Positions 25,226-38,267 of a stretch of 64,000 nucleotides of DNA are shown here, in pieces. A program made the translations under genes and the position numbers. Location of the stretch: positions 434,001 through 498,000 of the forward strand of contig MU008156.1 in NCBI GenBank assembly GCA_010909165.1. Reading direction: 5' to 3'. The notes beneath the pieces were generated by a model. That model ran no database searches. It saw only the letters and a program-made list of their open reading frames with translations, and had not been told where the DNA came from. Source of the stretch: Anthoceros angustus (Eukaryota; Plantae; Anthocerotophyta). Position 1 is the first letter of the stretch. Each line of letters begins with the position of its first letter.

Positions 25226-25839
25226 AATGCCCGTGTCTTGCATGTCATACCATACCAGTCGTGAAATGAGAGACCATAGATTGATAATAAGATTCAGAGG
25301 GATAAGTACGTTCGTATTTCGTAACGTTATGTTTCGAACGTTCGTCCAAAACTTGCTGAGCGATGAGCTTTAATCAGCACATGCATAGGTGAACAGGCCC
25401 GCTGGTTTTTCAAATTCATACCAGGGTCAATTTCAGTGTGAGGGAGTCACCCTTACCTGAGGCCTTTCCCCTAGGAAATTCAAGAGCTGGAAACACAACA
25501 ACGTTAATGGCATCGGGAAGCACAAAATCACGCAGACCTGGATCCTTGGAGAAGAAAGCGTCTGCTCACACTTTCCAAAACGCCACTCCTTGGGGTTTTC
25601 CAAGAAGCAGGACCTATTTGCATTGCTGACAGCTTGCAGATTAAACTTTGCAGGCTGTGCTGGCGGCCCCCACGGATTCCACACCGAATGTATAGCACGG
25701 GAGGCTGGATGGAATCTGTGGTGGGCAGGAAGCTCAAAGCAGCTGCAGACATACCTGAGTTGCCCTACCTTGAAACCCACAAATGGTGAGTTGTGGGGGA
25801 GACTTTTCCATGCTGTGGCAGTTTCCCTGCAAGCGCAAC

Positions 25840-25973
25840 ATGTGGCTTGCAGGTGGACCGCATAGATGTGGCCCAATTGGCAATGCTTAGGGTGCCAACG
25901 AGGTATGTGGCTTGCAGGTGGACCACGTAGATGTGGCCCTGTTGGCAATGCTTAGGGTGCCAACGAGGTATGT
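25840..25973. repeat. 65-bp tandem duplication
   Basis: ATGTGGCTTGCAGGTGGACC...GGGTGCCAACGAGGT occurs at 25840 and 25905. Confidence 0.9.
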
Positions 25974-26281
25974 CCTTGACGACCTCGTGATCCGGATTAC
26001 CATACATGTATGAGACAACCGACTGTGCAAAACATCCTCAACCACTCGCACACAACTGCTTTGCAACAGCGTACATCTTTTGGAGCGGTACGGTACGGCA
26101 GAGGATATCGTCCTTCAACTGGGAGCCACCAGAGATGGTTCAGCGTCTGACGTCAGATTTATTCCGCCCTCTCATCCACGACTTCACTCTGACTCCCTAC
26201 GTGCTCTACTTGACAGCTTCCTTTCCCAAGCATATAAGAAAGCGAAAGTAGCATCAGTTTCTGAGTCTACCGCTTTCATCG

Positions 26282-28352
26282 ATGGCGTTCTGGATCCCAT
26301 GGCTTGCTCTCGCCATACTCGGCTTGGCCCTTGTTTGCGACTTTTGGAGAAGGAGAAGGGGGCCTCGGCTGCATTTGCCTCCAAGTCCTCCTGGCATTCC
26401 CGTACTGGGGAACCTGACCATATTCTCTGCCAGTTCCAAGGTGCCGCACCAGCATCTGGCGCTCCTTGCCAGGAGATATACTCCGCTCATGTTCCTGAAG
26501 CTGGGATCTGCCCCTTGCATCGTGGTGTCGTCGGCGGAGGTTGCCAGGATTGTTCTGAAAGATCAGGACCACATTTTTGCTTCCCGCCCACCATCTTCAG
26601 TAACTAAGATCCTGATGTACGGCACCAAAGGCATGGCATTTGCTCCATTCGGAGAGCATTGGCGGCTGGCAAGGTACGCAAGGTTGATCAAACTTTCATC
26701 AGAGTAATTGTACATCATGGTGTCTTCGCTTGTTTTGGGTTGGTTAGCAGTGCGAATTGCACGTTCGACGCAGGAAAATCACAGCAATGGAGCTTATGAC
26801 TCAGGAAAAAGTACCCCGCGTGCGAAACGCAGAAACATCAGCCTTGCTTGCCGCCTTTTACAGTCTTGCAAGTGGCAACAAAGGGGCCCCGGTCAGGACG
26901 CGCGTCTTCTTCAGCATGCTTTCGTTCAACGTGATCACACAACTATGTTTCAGCAAGCGTTTCTTTACTTTCGAAGGAGGGCCTGCATCTGCGACCAGTG
27001 CATCAGAGAAGCCTGACTCCAATGACGTGAGCTAACTACCCTTCCAGATTGCGAGAATGCGGATGGCATCGATCATTTCACATACTATATCAGTGCCTTG
27101 GATAACTCTGGGGGAGAAATCGTCTATTTATTCTTCAGGAACATCAGGCAAGGGAATCCATAGAACTGATTAGGGAGTTCTTCGAGCTTCTCCAAGTGCA
27201 GCTCATAGGGGACTACATTCCGTACCTGTCTTTCCTGGACAGGCATATCAAGAACAGGATGATCAGGATCAGCACGCGATTTGACAACTTTCTGAACGAA
27301 ATCTTGGCAGATCACAGGAAGCACCCTGAGGAAAAAAACCCCGACTTCCTCGATGTTCTGCTCAGGCTTCCAGCGGAAGATGCGTCCACGAGTATCGATG
27401 AAACATCCTGCAAATCCCTCTGCATGGTACTGCGCACTGTCTGGAACCTCCTTCACCATGCATGTCTGACATTCGTACAGACCTACGTATACACGAAAGT
27501 AGTTCTGAGCTCCATCCTTGCTTGCTTGCTTGCCAACAGGATATGCTGCTGGCCGCGACTGAGAGCACGGCCAATATTCTGGAATGGACCATTGCAGAGA
27601 TAATCCGGCATCCTGAGGTGGCATCAAAGCTTCAGGCCGAAATGGACTCTGTGGTGGGGAAGGAGCGGCTGGTGACAGATGCGGACATCCCCAAGCTGCC
27701 ATACTTCCAAGCTACGGTGAAAGAGGTATTCCGGATGCACCCTGCCGGAGCTTTCCTAATCCCCCACATGTCCACTGAGCAGACCACGGTGATGGGGTAT
27801 GACATCCCCGCCAACACCATAGTGTTTGTGAACGTCTGGGCTATCGGCCGAGACCCTGATGCATGGGACGAGCCCGAACAGTTCCGCCCCGAGAGATTCC
27901 TTGAGAGGTGATGTACTGAATCCATCTTCCCCGCCTTGAGCACTTCCGTTCAAGATTGTCTAAAATTATAGCAAGGGCTGGTACTGAGCACTGAGCTAAT
28001 GTCTGTGATTCGGAAAAGGATTTCTTGCTTACTGATCCGTTGTTGACTCATCTGGGCTGGTTGGTGAAATGCCTGCAGGCCTGATATCGATGTTAAAGGA
28101 CAACACTTCCAACTGCTGCCGTTCGGGGCCGGACGACGACGGTGCCCAGGCACTGTTGTGGGTCTCAACCAAGTGCATCATGTTGCGGCCAGACTGATTC
28201 AAGCTTTTGAATGGTCCCCTCCCCCAGGCATGAAACCTCTGGATGTGGACATTGAGGAAATATCCGGCCTCTCACTCGTCCGAGCCCATCCACTGGAAGC
28301 TGTTCCAACTCCCAGGCTTTCGGCTCACCTCTACCAGACACCGTTTCTTTAA
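26282..28352 (+). CDS. CYP: Cytochrome P450, CYP71 clan, 5 exons
   Basis: Exons 26282-26673, 26774-27026, 27139-27426, 27540-27907, 28079-28352. Membrane anchor, LPPSPPGIPVLGNL hinge, WRLARK, I-helix LAATESTA, KEVFR, PERF, and heme motif PFGAGRRRCPG. The C-helix region looks ~3 aa shorter than typical. Confidence 0.93.
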
Positions 28353-29672
28353 AACTGCAGGGCCCTCGGAGCTCTTGGCTGTTAGGTTGTTGGTATATGG
28401 TAAAAGAAACACCGTACTTCAGGTCACCAGTATTGCAGATAAATGACACTCCAATCTACACTACCCTGTTATAGAAGAAACTTTAAAATATACATACTTT
28501 AATCTGTTTATATAGCTAATCTCATATGATCCTAGACTTTATTTTTAATAGATTTATATAAAAATAATATTCATAAATTATCAGAACTATCTTATAATAG
28601 AATTTATATCTTATACTGTTAAATAATATAGGGTTAAATAACATATAAATTATATGATTAAAATATTAAAAGTATTTAAAAATGTCTTCCGATCTCCAAA
28701 CGATATGATGATCATTCTGTTCAGATGCAATGAACCAAATGAAGATCATTATTTTCAGATTCAATGAACTATATGATGATCATTATATTCATATCCAATG
28801 AATGGTTTTCTTTACATTTCTAACAAATAGGATATCGCTTCAATCTTTTAGTATGTTTTCACCATATACTAGTGCTGTCTTAACTCATCCTCTCTAATAA
28901 GAAAACAAAATCATTCCAACTTCTTCACCACACATGTTTTAGAATGTCCATTGCAAATCAACAATTATAGGCTAAATATTCTCAAGCAATCCCAAGGTTG
29001 CACAAGATACTATGTTATATATAATAACAATAAGATATTACTATCAAACAGTGGGACTAAACAGCAAGCAACAAAGTTTAAAGTTCACCCCGATGAACAC
29101 AGTTCACTTTCACTTCTGATAAGCATATTCAATTGCACTCTTATACAAGTCCTTCACATCTTGTGAGTTGAACCTCCATCTACAATAAGATCCTGCAGAA
29201 TATCCAAATTTATGAGCATATTCTCTCACAGAATTTATGAATATCTTCTCTTTCACAAATATAAAATTTATTACGTATAATATCTCTTTATTATTAAATA
29301 AATAAATAAATATTTTATCACTAACCTTGTCTAAAGAAACCAATTGATGGAGGTGGGCGCGTGTGGATCTGGGCTTTATTTTGTGGACTTGCTTAAAACG
29401 GAAAGAGAAGCGTCCACGATTCGATTACACACGTGTGGTGACGTAGAATGAGATAAATATTCGCCTGATGTTTTGGGGAAATGAAGCAAGAACTGGTTTA
29501 CCCGGGAAGTGTCCCGGGATTAGAAAGCGGCAGGCAAGGGCGGCGGGAGCTTCCGGGGCCAGCAGCGCAGGCAGTGGTCGGGAAGGATCTGGCAGCTGGG
29601 AATGGAGCCGCCAGGAGCCGGGGGGCAGAGCTGGAGCAAACGTAGTATAATTGCAGGCCCATTTCCTCGGCT

Positions 29673-29987
29673 ATGGCATTGAGTTCCCAGCTCCAGCAAC
29701 AACAGCAACAGCAACAGCAGCGCGGCTTGAGCTCGTTCCAGCAGCGCAGGTTGCAAGCCCCGAGGCCCTCCAGGCTCTCCAGGCTCCCGCCCCCGCAGCG
29801 CCACTTCGATCTGGGCGCTGCCTTGCTCACCAATCTCCTGCTCCTCCTCGGCCTGCTCTGCCTCACGCTCCTGCCCGCCGCGCTCTTCCTGACCAAAGGC
29901 AATCCTGGCCGGGACCTCGACCGCCCGACCCTCCTCCGCTTTCTTTGCCCGGCCCCGCAAGCAGGGGCAGACCATGGCTGGGACTGA
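29673..29987 (+). other. 104-aa upstream ORF (polyQ plus hydrophobic helix) overlapping the pirin-1 start codon out of frame
   Basis: ATG 29673 to TGA 29987, 14-nt overlap with the pirin ATG at 29974. The homologous frame persists before pirin-2. Confidence 0.4.
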
Positions 29988-31471
29988 GTCCAGCGTCGCC
30001 GGCTCTGGGGCCGGCGTGCCCTTCGCCAAGCCGCGCTCTGTGGCCAGGAAGCTGCGGTCTGTGGAGCAGGCGGAAGGCGTGGGCGCCACAGTCAGGCGCA
30101 GCATTGGCAGGTGAGTTGGGTGCCCGGAAGCTTTTCAGATGCCGTCATTTCTGGGTTGTGGTTGATGGGTTGTGGTGGGCTGTTCGCAGGCCTGAGGTGA
30201 AGCAGTTGGATCCGTTTCTCATGCTCGACTATGTTACCAGTAAGAAGAGGAAGGAGGAAGGGTGTCAAATTGTGAATTGGGAAGTTCAGTGTGTGGTGTG
30301 CTTGCCTGGAACTTGACACCTTGTTTCTGGCAGTTTCTCTTCCTGCGGGCTTTCCGGACCATCCGCATCGGGGTATGTATGGCTGTACGTTGTAGTTGTT
30401 TTCTGTGGTGCTGGTACTTCGAATTGGTGGCCTCCTTCTCACAGCTTCCTGGGAAATTGCAGGATTTGAGACAGTCACTTATGTGTTAGAGGTATGGAGT
30501 CTCTAGACTGCGAATGATGTTGGTGACAGTGGTAATTGCTTCCGTGGCCCAGCTGAAATGTTTACCTTTTCGAAATCGTAATCTTCGCAGGGTGCTGTTA
30601 CGCATGAAGACTTTGCAGGCCACAAGGGTACCATCAAGGCTGGTGACTTGCAGGTATGTCCATTTCATGGACTTGCCGTATGGAAGCATCTTGACGGATG
30701 AGCAGGTTGAGAAAGAAGAAAATGTTGTATTGCAGCAATTTTCATCTCAGTCCGGACACACCTGGTGTGTTGCAGTGGATGACAGCAGGAAGAGGCATCG
30801 TCCATTCCGAAATGCCCGCCACAACTGGGGTCCAGCGTGCTCTGCAGCTTTGGGTTAATTTACCTTCAAAAGACAAGATGTACGTTCTCCTTTCCCCTGT
30901 GCTGGAGCAGGCAAATATGCTTCTTCTGGTGTCTAAAATGTGATAAAAAACTGTCAAAACGGGTTGCTCCAGGATCGAGCCTGCCTACCAGGAACTGGAA
31001 TCTAAGGATGTCCGAGAAGCAGAGAAAGATGGTGTGAAGGTCAGGGTAATCGCAGGGGTGTCTCTGGGTGTGAAATCACAGGTGTACACTCGGACTCCAA
31101 CCATGTTTCTGGATTTCACTTTACAGCCTGGAGCAACGGTACATCAGCCCATTCCTGCTGGCTGGAACGCCTTCTCCTACACCCTGGAAGGGCAGACGAC
31201 GTTCGGATGTTCGTCGGATGTAACCACGGTGGATGCTCACTACACGGTACTCTTCAGCATGGGAGATGGTCTTGTCATCTCCAACCAGTCTGACAAGCCC
31301 AGTCGGTTTCTGCTGATAGCTGGACAGCCCTTGAACGAGCCTATCGTGCAGTACGGTCCATTCGTGATGAACACGCAGCAGCAGATCTTTGAGGCTATCC
31401 AAGATTTCCAGAATCACCGAAATGGCTTTGAGAGGGCACGGACATGGGTGTCGGATGCTGTCAGGGGTTGA
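29974..31471 (+). CDS. PRN: Pirin-like cupin protein (PIR-1), 7 exons
   Basis: [68 protein letters not shown]; the His/His/His/Glu metal ligands are intact. Confidence 0.93.
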
Positions 31472-31542
31472 TGTGGTTTCTCACTCTTCTGCAGCATTAT
31501 TTAGATAGACAAGGAAGGGAAGAACTTTGTGGGGTGTGTGAT

Positions 31543-31724
31543 GAGACTGGCTGAGGGTAAGATCCTTACCATGTAAAGTAATAGGTGTGTGAGACTTTCT
31601 GAGGGTAAGATCCTTGCCATGTAAAGGAGCAGGTGTGTGAGACTTTCTGAGGGTAAGATCGTTACCATGTAGAGCAGCAGGTGTGTGAGACTTTCTGAGG
31701 GGAAGTCTTTCCGTGTAAAGTAGC
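31543..31724. repeat. 48-bp tandem repeat, ~3.8 copies
   Basis: Units start at 31543, 31591, 31639 and 31687 (GAGACTTTCTGAGGGTAAGATCCTT.CCATGTAAAG.AGCAGGTGTGT). Confidence 0.92.
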
Positions 31725-32010
31725 GATTTTAACCCTAAAGGGCGAAGCCTGTTTTCTGGGTTTTGGGCTGAATTTCAATAATTTAGGCATTATCTAAACG
31801 CAAGAAAATCGGGTGACCTTGTTTTCACTCCCTCAACTACCATCATGCCCACAATTACCATCATGCAGAGTTGCATTGGCTCATCCGTTTCTTAGAAAGA
31901 CAGGATCTCATACGCACCTTCCTCAAATTTCCAAAGCGCTGTGGCACTCCATGCTCACGGTGAGACGGGAGAGCATTTCACTCGGAACAAATTGTCTGTT
32001 GGTTCTTCAC

Positions 32011-33025
32011 GAACAGCAGGCAAGGGAATTCGTAGAAGTGATACGAGAGATCTTCGAGCTTCTCCAAGTGCATCTCATAGGGGACTACATTCCGTACCTG
32101 TCTTTCCTGGACAGGCATACCAAGAACAGGATGATCAGGATCAGGATCAGCAACCGATTCTACAACTTCCTAACCAGATCAGCAAGCGATTCTACAACTT
32201 CCTAAGCAAAGTCTTGGTAGATCACAAACAACACCCTAAGGAAAAGAAACCCAACTTCCTCGATGTTCTTCTCAAGCTTCCAGCGGAAGATGGGTCCACG
32301 AGTATAGATGAAACATTCTGCTCGTGGACTAGCCCGTGAAACAAAGCCCTCTGCACGGTATTGACCACTGCCTGGAACCCCCTTTACCATCACTGACATG
32401 CATCCAGACCGAATGCACGAAACTACTGAGCTCCATTCTTCCTTTCTTGCAAGCAGGATATACTGCTGGCCGCGACTGAGAGCACAGCCAATATTCTGGA
32501 ATGGACCATTTCAGAAATAATCCGGCATCCTGAGGTGGCATCAAAGCTTCAGTCCGAAATGGACTCTGTGGTGGGAACGGAGCGGCTGGTACAGATGCGG
32601 ACATCCCCAAGCTGCCATACTTCCAGGCTATGATGAAAGAGGTACTCCGGGTGCACTCTCCCGGAGCTTTCTTGGTCCCCCACATGTCCACTGAGCAGAC
32701 CACGGTGATGGGGTATGGCATCCCTCCCAACACCACAGTGTTTGTCAACGTCTGGGCTATTGGCCGAGACCCTGATGCATGGGACGAGCCCGAACAGTTC
32801 CGCCCCGAGAGGTTCCTTGATAGGTCATTATACTGAACCCATTTTTCCTGCCTCCAGCACCTCCGATCAAGATTGTTTAGAATGACACAGAGGGCTGCTT
32901 CTGCTGTGCTGATGTCTGTGATCTTGACAAGGATTCTTGCTACTGAACCCTTGTTGACCCTGGATGCATCTGGGCTTGTTGTTGAAGTACATGCAGGCCT
33001 GATATCGATGTTAAAAGCAGTTCCA
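32011..33025 (+). pseudogene. Truncated duplicate of the adjacent P450 (exon 3 to start of exon 5)
   Basis: Close match to 27139-28100. The acceptor AG is mutated to AC (32010), with an internal short duplication, frameshifts, and loss of exons 1-2 and the heme motif. Confidence 0.9.
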
Positions 33026-33554
33026 AACTGAGAATGGGATAAAATGAAACAAGTAGTAATTGCCTGCGAAGTGTCCCTGGGCCTGGATTATTAGAACGTG
33101 GCAGGAAAGGGGGGCGGGAGCTTCCGGGGCCAGCCGGGCACACGAAACGCCCAGTGGTAGGGAAGGATCCGGCAGCTGTGAAATGGAGCTGCCAGGAGGT
33201 GAGGGGACCCGCAGGAGATGCAGTATAAGAGCAGCCCCATTTTTTTGGGCCATCGCACTGACTTCCAGCAATAGCATCAACAGGAACAGCAACAACAGCC
33301 TCAACAGCAACAGCAACAGCAACAGCAGCGCAGGTTGAGCTCGTTCTAGCAGCGCAGGTTGCAGGCTCCGAGGCCATCCAGGCTGACCAGGCTCCCGCCC
33401 GTGGAGCGCCACTTTGATCTGAGCGCTGTCCTGCTCACCAATCTCCTGCCTCATGCTCCTAAGCAAAGCCAATTTCTTGGCCGGGTACTCGACCGCTCGG
33501 CTCACGCGACCCTCCTCCGCCTTCTTGACCCGGCCCCGCAGGCAGGGACTGACC

Positions 33555-35026
33555 ATGGCTGGGACTGAGTCCAGCGTGCCCTTCGCCAAGCCGCGCTCGG
33601 TGGCCAGGAAGCTGCGGTCTGTGGAGCAGGCGGAAGGCGTGGGCGCCACAGTCAGGCGCAGCATTGGCAGGTGAGTTGGGTGTGGAAGCTTCTCTGATGC
33701 CGTGGTTCTGGGTTGGCGTGTTGGGTTGTGGATGATGGATTGTGGTGGGCTGTTTGCAGGCCTGAGGTGAAGCAGCTGGATCCGTTTCTCATGCTCGACT
33801 ATGCTAGCAGTAAGAAGAAGAAGAAGAATGTTGTGGAATTGTGAGTTGGAAACTGAGTGTTTTGGGTTGTCTGAAACTTGATGCCTTGTTTCTGGCAGTT
33901 TCTCCTCCTGCGGGCTTTCCGGACCATCCACATCGGGGTATGTATGTCTGTCCGTTGTCGTTGTTTTCTTTGGTGCTGCTGCCTCGGGTTGTTGGCCTCC
34001 GTCTCACAGCTTCCTCGGAAATTGCAGGATTTGAGACCGTCACTTATGTGTTAGAGGTATGGCGTCTCTGCAAATTATGTTTGTAAAAGTGGTGTTTGGC
34101 TATGTTGTGCAGCTGAAAGATTTAGCTCTCGAAATCGTTATCTTTGCAGGGTGCTGTTACGCATGAAGATTTTGCAGGCCACAAGGGTACCATCAGAGCT
34201 GGTGACTTGCAGGTAAGTCCATTCCATGGGCCTGCCTTACGGAAGATATCTTGAAGGATGAGCACATTTTAGAACGAAAAAGATGTTGGAATGCAGCAAT
34301 TTTCATCGTAGTTCGGACTCCCCTGGTGTGTTGCAGTGGATGACAGCAGGAAGAGGCATCGTCCATTCTGAAATGCCTGCCACAAATGGGGTCCAACGTG
34401 CTCTGCAGCTTTGGGTTAACTTACCTTCAAAAGACAAGATGTACGTTCTCCCTTCCCCTGTGCTGGAGCAGTCAAGTATGCTTCTTCTGGTGACCAGTGA
34501 TAAAACTGCCAAAACGGGTTATTGCAGGATCGAGCCTGCATACCAGGAACTGGAATCTAAGGATATTAGAGAAGCAGAGAAAGATGGTGTGAAAGTCAGG
34601 GTAATCGCAGGAGAATCTCTGGGCGTGAAATCACAGGTGTACACTCGGACTCCGACCATGTTTCTGGATTTCACCTTACAGCCTGGAGCTACGGTACATC
34701 AGCCCATTCCTGCTGGCTGGAACGCCTTCTCCTACACCTTGGAAGGCCAGACGACATTCGGAAGTTCGCCGGATGTAACCACAGTGGATGCTCATTACAC
34801 CGTACTCTTCAACATGGGAGATGGCCTTGTCATCTCAAACCGGGCGGACAAGCCCAGTCGGTTTCTGCTCATAGCTGGACAACCCTTGAACGAACCTGTT
34901 GCGCAGTACGGTCCATTCGTGATGAACACGCAGCAGGAGATACTTGAGGCCATCCAGGATTACCAGAACCACCGAAATGGCTTTGAGAGGGCACGGACAT
35001 GGGTATCGGACGCAGTCAGGGGCTAA
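33555..35026 (+). CDS. PRN: Pirin-like cupin protein (PIR-2), 7 exons
   Basis: Close paralog of PIR-1 with the same intron positions and intact HPHRG and HSE motifs; ends WVSDAVRG*. Confidence 0.92.
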
Positions 35027-36079
35027 TGTCGTTTGTCTTTCTTCTATCCCACTGCTAGGCAAACAAGAAGGTAAGAAACTATCTCATTCTTAAGTAGACA
35101 AGAAAGTGTGAAACTTTGTCAGACGGAGGACACTTTCTGAGTGGAAAAGATCCTTACCATGTACAGGAGGACTTTGGTGTACAAGTGGAAATGATAGGAC
35201 ACTGTCTCTTGTGTGTGTGATAGGAGACGAAACAGGGAATGTTCTCACACCAGGGAATGTTCACTCCAGTGAGTCCCTAGGTAACATGGCCCCAGATGAC
35301 AGTCTGTGCAGCTGTATCCTGATGCAGTCCTGAGCTACTTCCAGTGCAGCATTGCAACAGCACCAAGGATCAAAACTGTACCCTTAAAAATGGCCTATAT
35401 AGTTCCCAAAATGGCCCTGTTGGAGGGTTCGAGGAATATTCTTGAGTAGCAGGGCTCCATCTATCAATAATGCCAGAAGTGAGAATTTCACCACACGACC
35501 TGATCCGGGAGCTGCAACAGCAAGTATATAATGCGACTGTGCAGAAATCAAATTCTCCTGCAACATCTATCTCACAGTCCAAACCTGGAGATGCGTACGA
35601 CAATTGTTTCCGGCAAGACGTCAAGATGTGAAAACTGGGCTGCGGAGCAATCTTTCCAATCTTGCAGACTGACAATCTTGCGATCCCACAACATCGCAAA
35701 CTCTCATCAATCTCGCAACGGTACCACTCAATCCTCCACTTCTGACTCGCAAGTATTGGTAAAGTGACCCACACTGTAGGATGCAGCAAAGGCGGCACTG
35801 CTTGTTCAGTCCCCCGGTTCATCTGTGGTGGGGCGATTCTCAAATGTATATCACACGTCATCTGCGAGAGAAGGAAGGGAAGGAGGCTTAGCAGTTCAGC
35901 TGGCAGCGACAAATCGTGGACGCTGCCGGATACGGATGAGGCTAGGCGCCTGGGAAGTGGCAGAGCCAGTTGTCAGGATTCCACGTACTCCGGCACCTGA
36001 TAAATCTGCGCAGCTGCGGGAAGCACGCACATAGACCACTTGGAGCCTGGCATCGTCCATGAGCGTGTGTGTTGGTGCC

Positions 36080-38264
36080 ATGATGGAGGCGGTGGTGGGC
36101 CTGGTTGTGGCTAGTCTGCTGCTGCTGCTGCTGGCCATGGCTCCTGCGGCCTGCGGTCTTCCTGTGCCCCCGCCGGACCTGGAGAATTGTCACACCGATT
36201 CTACTTTCCTTCCATCCACCTGCTGCAGGAAATCGAGTGCTGCCCTGTCCTGCCCACGCGCCCGTGAAGGATTTCTCGTGGGACAGTCTGGAGGGATGGC
36301 GGATGCGGGAGCGGCTGGCGGCGCACCAGCTGAGTCCGCAGGACACCGCCCGCCTCAATCGAGCTTACCAGCTCATGAGCAGCCTTCCGGACGACGATCC
36401 TCGGTCCCTCAAGCATCATGCCAACCTCCATTGCGCCTACTCCAACAGATGTTGTTTATGCGCAGCGCGGTTGATTTGTTGTTGAATGGGAATACTGTTC
36501 CTTATTGTTGATGTCTCTGTAACACATGGACAGATTCACTGGTCATGGCTGTTGATGCCCTGGCATTGATGGTTCCTGTTCTTCCACGAAAGGATTTTGG
36601 CGACGCTGCTAGGCGACCGCACCTTTGCTCTTCCCTTTTGGAATTGGGACAACCAGGATCTCACGCTAAGGCTGGGTGAGGACGGCGAGCTGGAGTATCT
36701 GCCTGGCATGATCCTAAAGCTTACGTGAAACAACCGTTTCTGAGCAACTGTAGAATAACTGTGAAGAGGCTGCCTCCCAGCCTAGTAGACCTCCGGTTTA
36801 ACGAGTTCGCACACCCGGAGCAGGTTACCAAGCCTCTCAACCTTCCGCCTGACGCCCTTCGCCTCTCCAACTCAACATCATGCATCAGGCAAGAGATGCG
36901 CCGTTTTGAAAGAGTGGATGAATTCATTTGGTTATCTGGTGATGTGAGTGGACACGTTGTCAACCTTGGACATGAGAAGGATGTCGGCAGTCTTGAACCT
37001 GGCATGCCCATTGTCCAGGTGATGGTGAGTGGAAGCGGAACAGCAAGTTTGTTCTTGGGCGAACCATACTTTTATGGGGATCCCGTGGAGCCATTTCCTC
37101 AATTTACATCCCTATTTGGGACCTGGAAACTGGCCCTCACTCCGACGTTCACGTCTCCACAGGCAATGAGTCCAGGCCCGACTATGCCGAGATGGGCAAC
37201 ATCGGCATGTCTGCTTCGGATCCTATTTTCTGCATTCACCATGCCAACATTGACCGCCTTTGGGAGGTATTCAGCTCAAGTTTCAGTCTTTCGACTGTGT
37301 GTTCATGAATGCAGCCATTCTCTCGTCCATCCATCCCTTCCTTCATTCTTTTTCCCCTCCATGTTGAGGAATGTTGACTGGTGCATCTATGTAGTACACT
37401 CTGTTTGCAGCTTGAATCTCCCTTGCAATGCTGGTGAAGGTGTGGAAAAGCATCCCGGAAGGATGGAGAACCGACTTCACGGACCCTGACTTTCTCGACA
37501 CAGAGTTCGACTGCTACGATGAGAATGCTGATTTGGCAAGCTGGTTACAATCTGCATTCCCCTCGCAAATTCCTCAGTCAGGCTAGGTCAAATTGTAACA
37601 GCAACAGTGTGAAACAAAGAGAAAGAAATGGGGACGACTGCTTGGATTCACTACTGAGTCACATCTGCAGGTGAGGGTGCGTGTGGAAGACTCACTGGAT
37701 CTTCTCAAGATGCGCACCAGCTACCAGGCGATGGACGACGGTGACGATCAGTGGATCAGGTACAACGCGACCGTATGCTCCACCCTGTCCCCTCAAGAGC
37801 ACACAGGATGTGGTGGTGGCGGTGGACGGAGAGCCCACCGAGCTGGCCGTGCCCAGACCGGCCCCCAGGCCAGGGGAGTGGGAGGAGGTGCTGGTCCTGG
37901 ACGGCATGCGGGCTGATGTTTTATCACCCACCTTGTACCCAGAGATTCTTGCCTTCACAACCAGGTTGCTGCTGTGATTTCTAGGTGTCTGTAGCAGATT
38001 TGTGAATCGCGATCAAGAACGCTGTTCCTGTTGGATGGAGACTCTCGTGATGGCGAGGAGCCGATCCTGGGTATGTTGGGGCCTGGAAGGAACGAGACTC
38101 CACGGTGTGGAAAGCCGACACGCCCAACTGCTGCAGTTTGAAGCCTATGCCTAAGCTGAGGGAGAAGTTGCGGTCGGGGCCGGGGCGGTGGTCAGGAGTC
38201 CTGCAAGCTCTGCGCAGGTGACCGAAGTGTTGTTTGTAACGTTGGGAAGCATGAGGAACACTCC
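36080..38264 (+). pseudogene. PPO pseudogene A (3' end inverted in place)
   Basis: Frameshifts, deletion of the exon 1 3' end and donor, CGA>TGA stop after the CuA PWH, a deletion in exon 5, and inversion of the last coding segment (37915-38264). Confidence 0.88.
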
Positions 38265-38267
38265 CCT

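Noticed and set aside
19644-25243. Long minus-strand ORFs over the dirigent genes; similar ones lie over the kinase, pirin, PPO and Lhca2 genes
   Set aside because: Antisense shadows of GC-rich coding sequence with no independent motifs.
29498-29902. Poly-Cys antisense ORF upstream of pirin-1
   Set aside because: Reverse reading of the CAG/CAA repeat; the sense frame is more protein-like.
31543-31724. CRISPR-like regular repeats (also 58137-58335 and 8338-8660)
   Set aside because: Head-to-tail units without unique spacers, no cas genes, and a eukaryotic context.
35370-35912. 180-aa minus-strand ORF upstream of pseudo-PPO A
   Set aside because: The frame is broken in the near-identical unit B and not conserved in units C and D; no motif.
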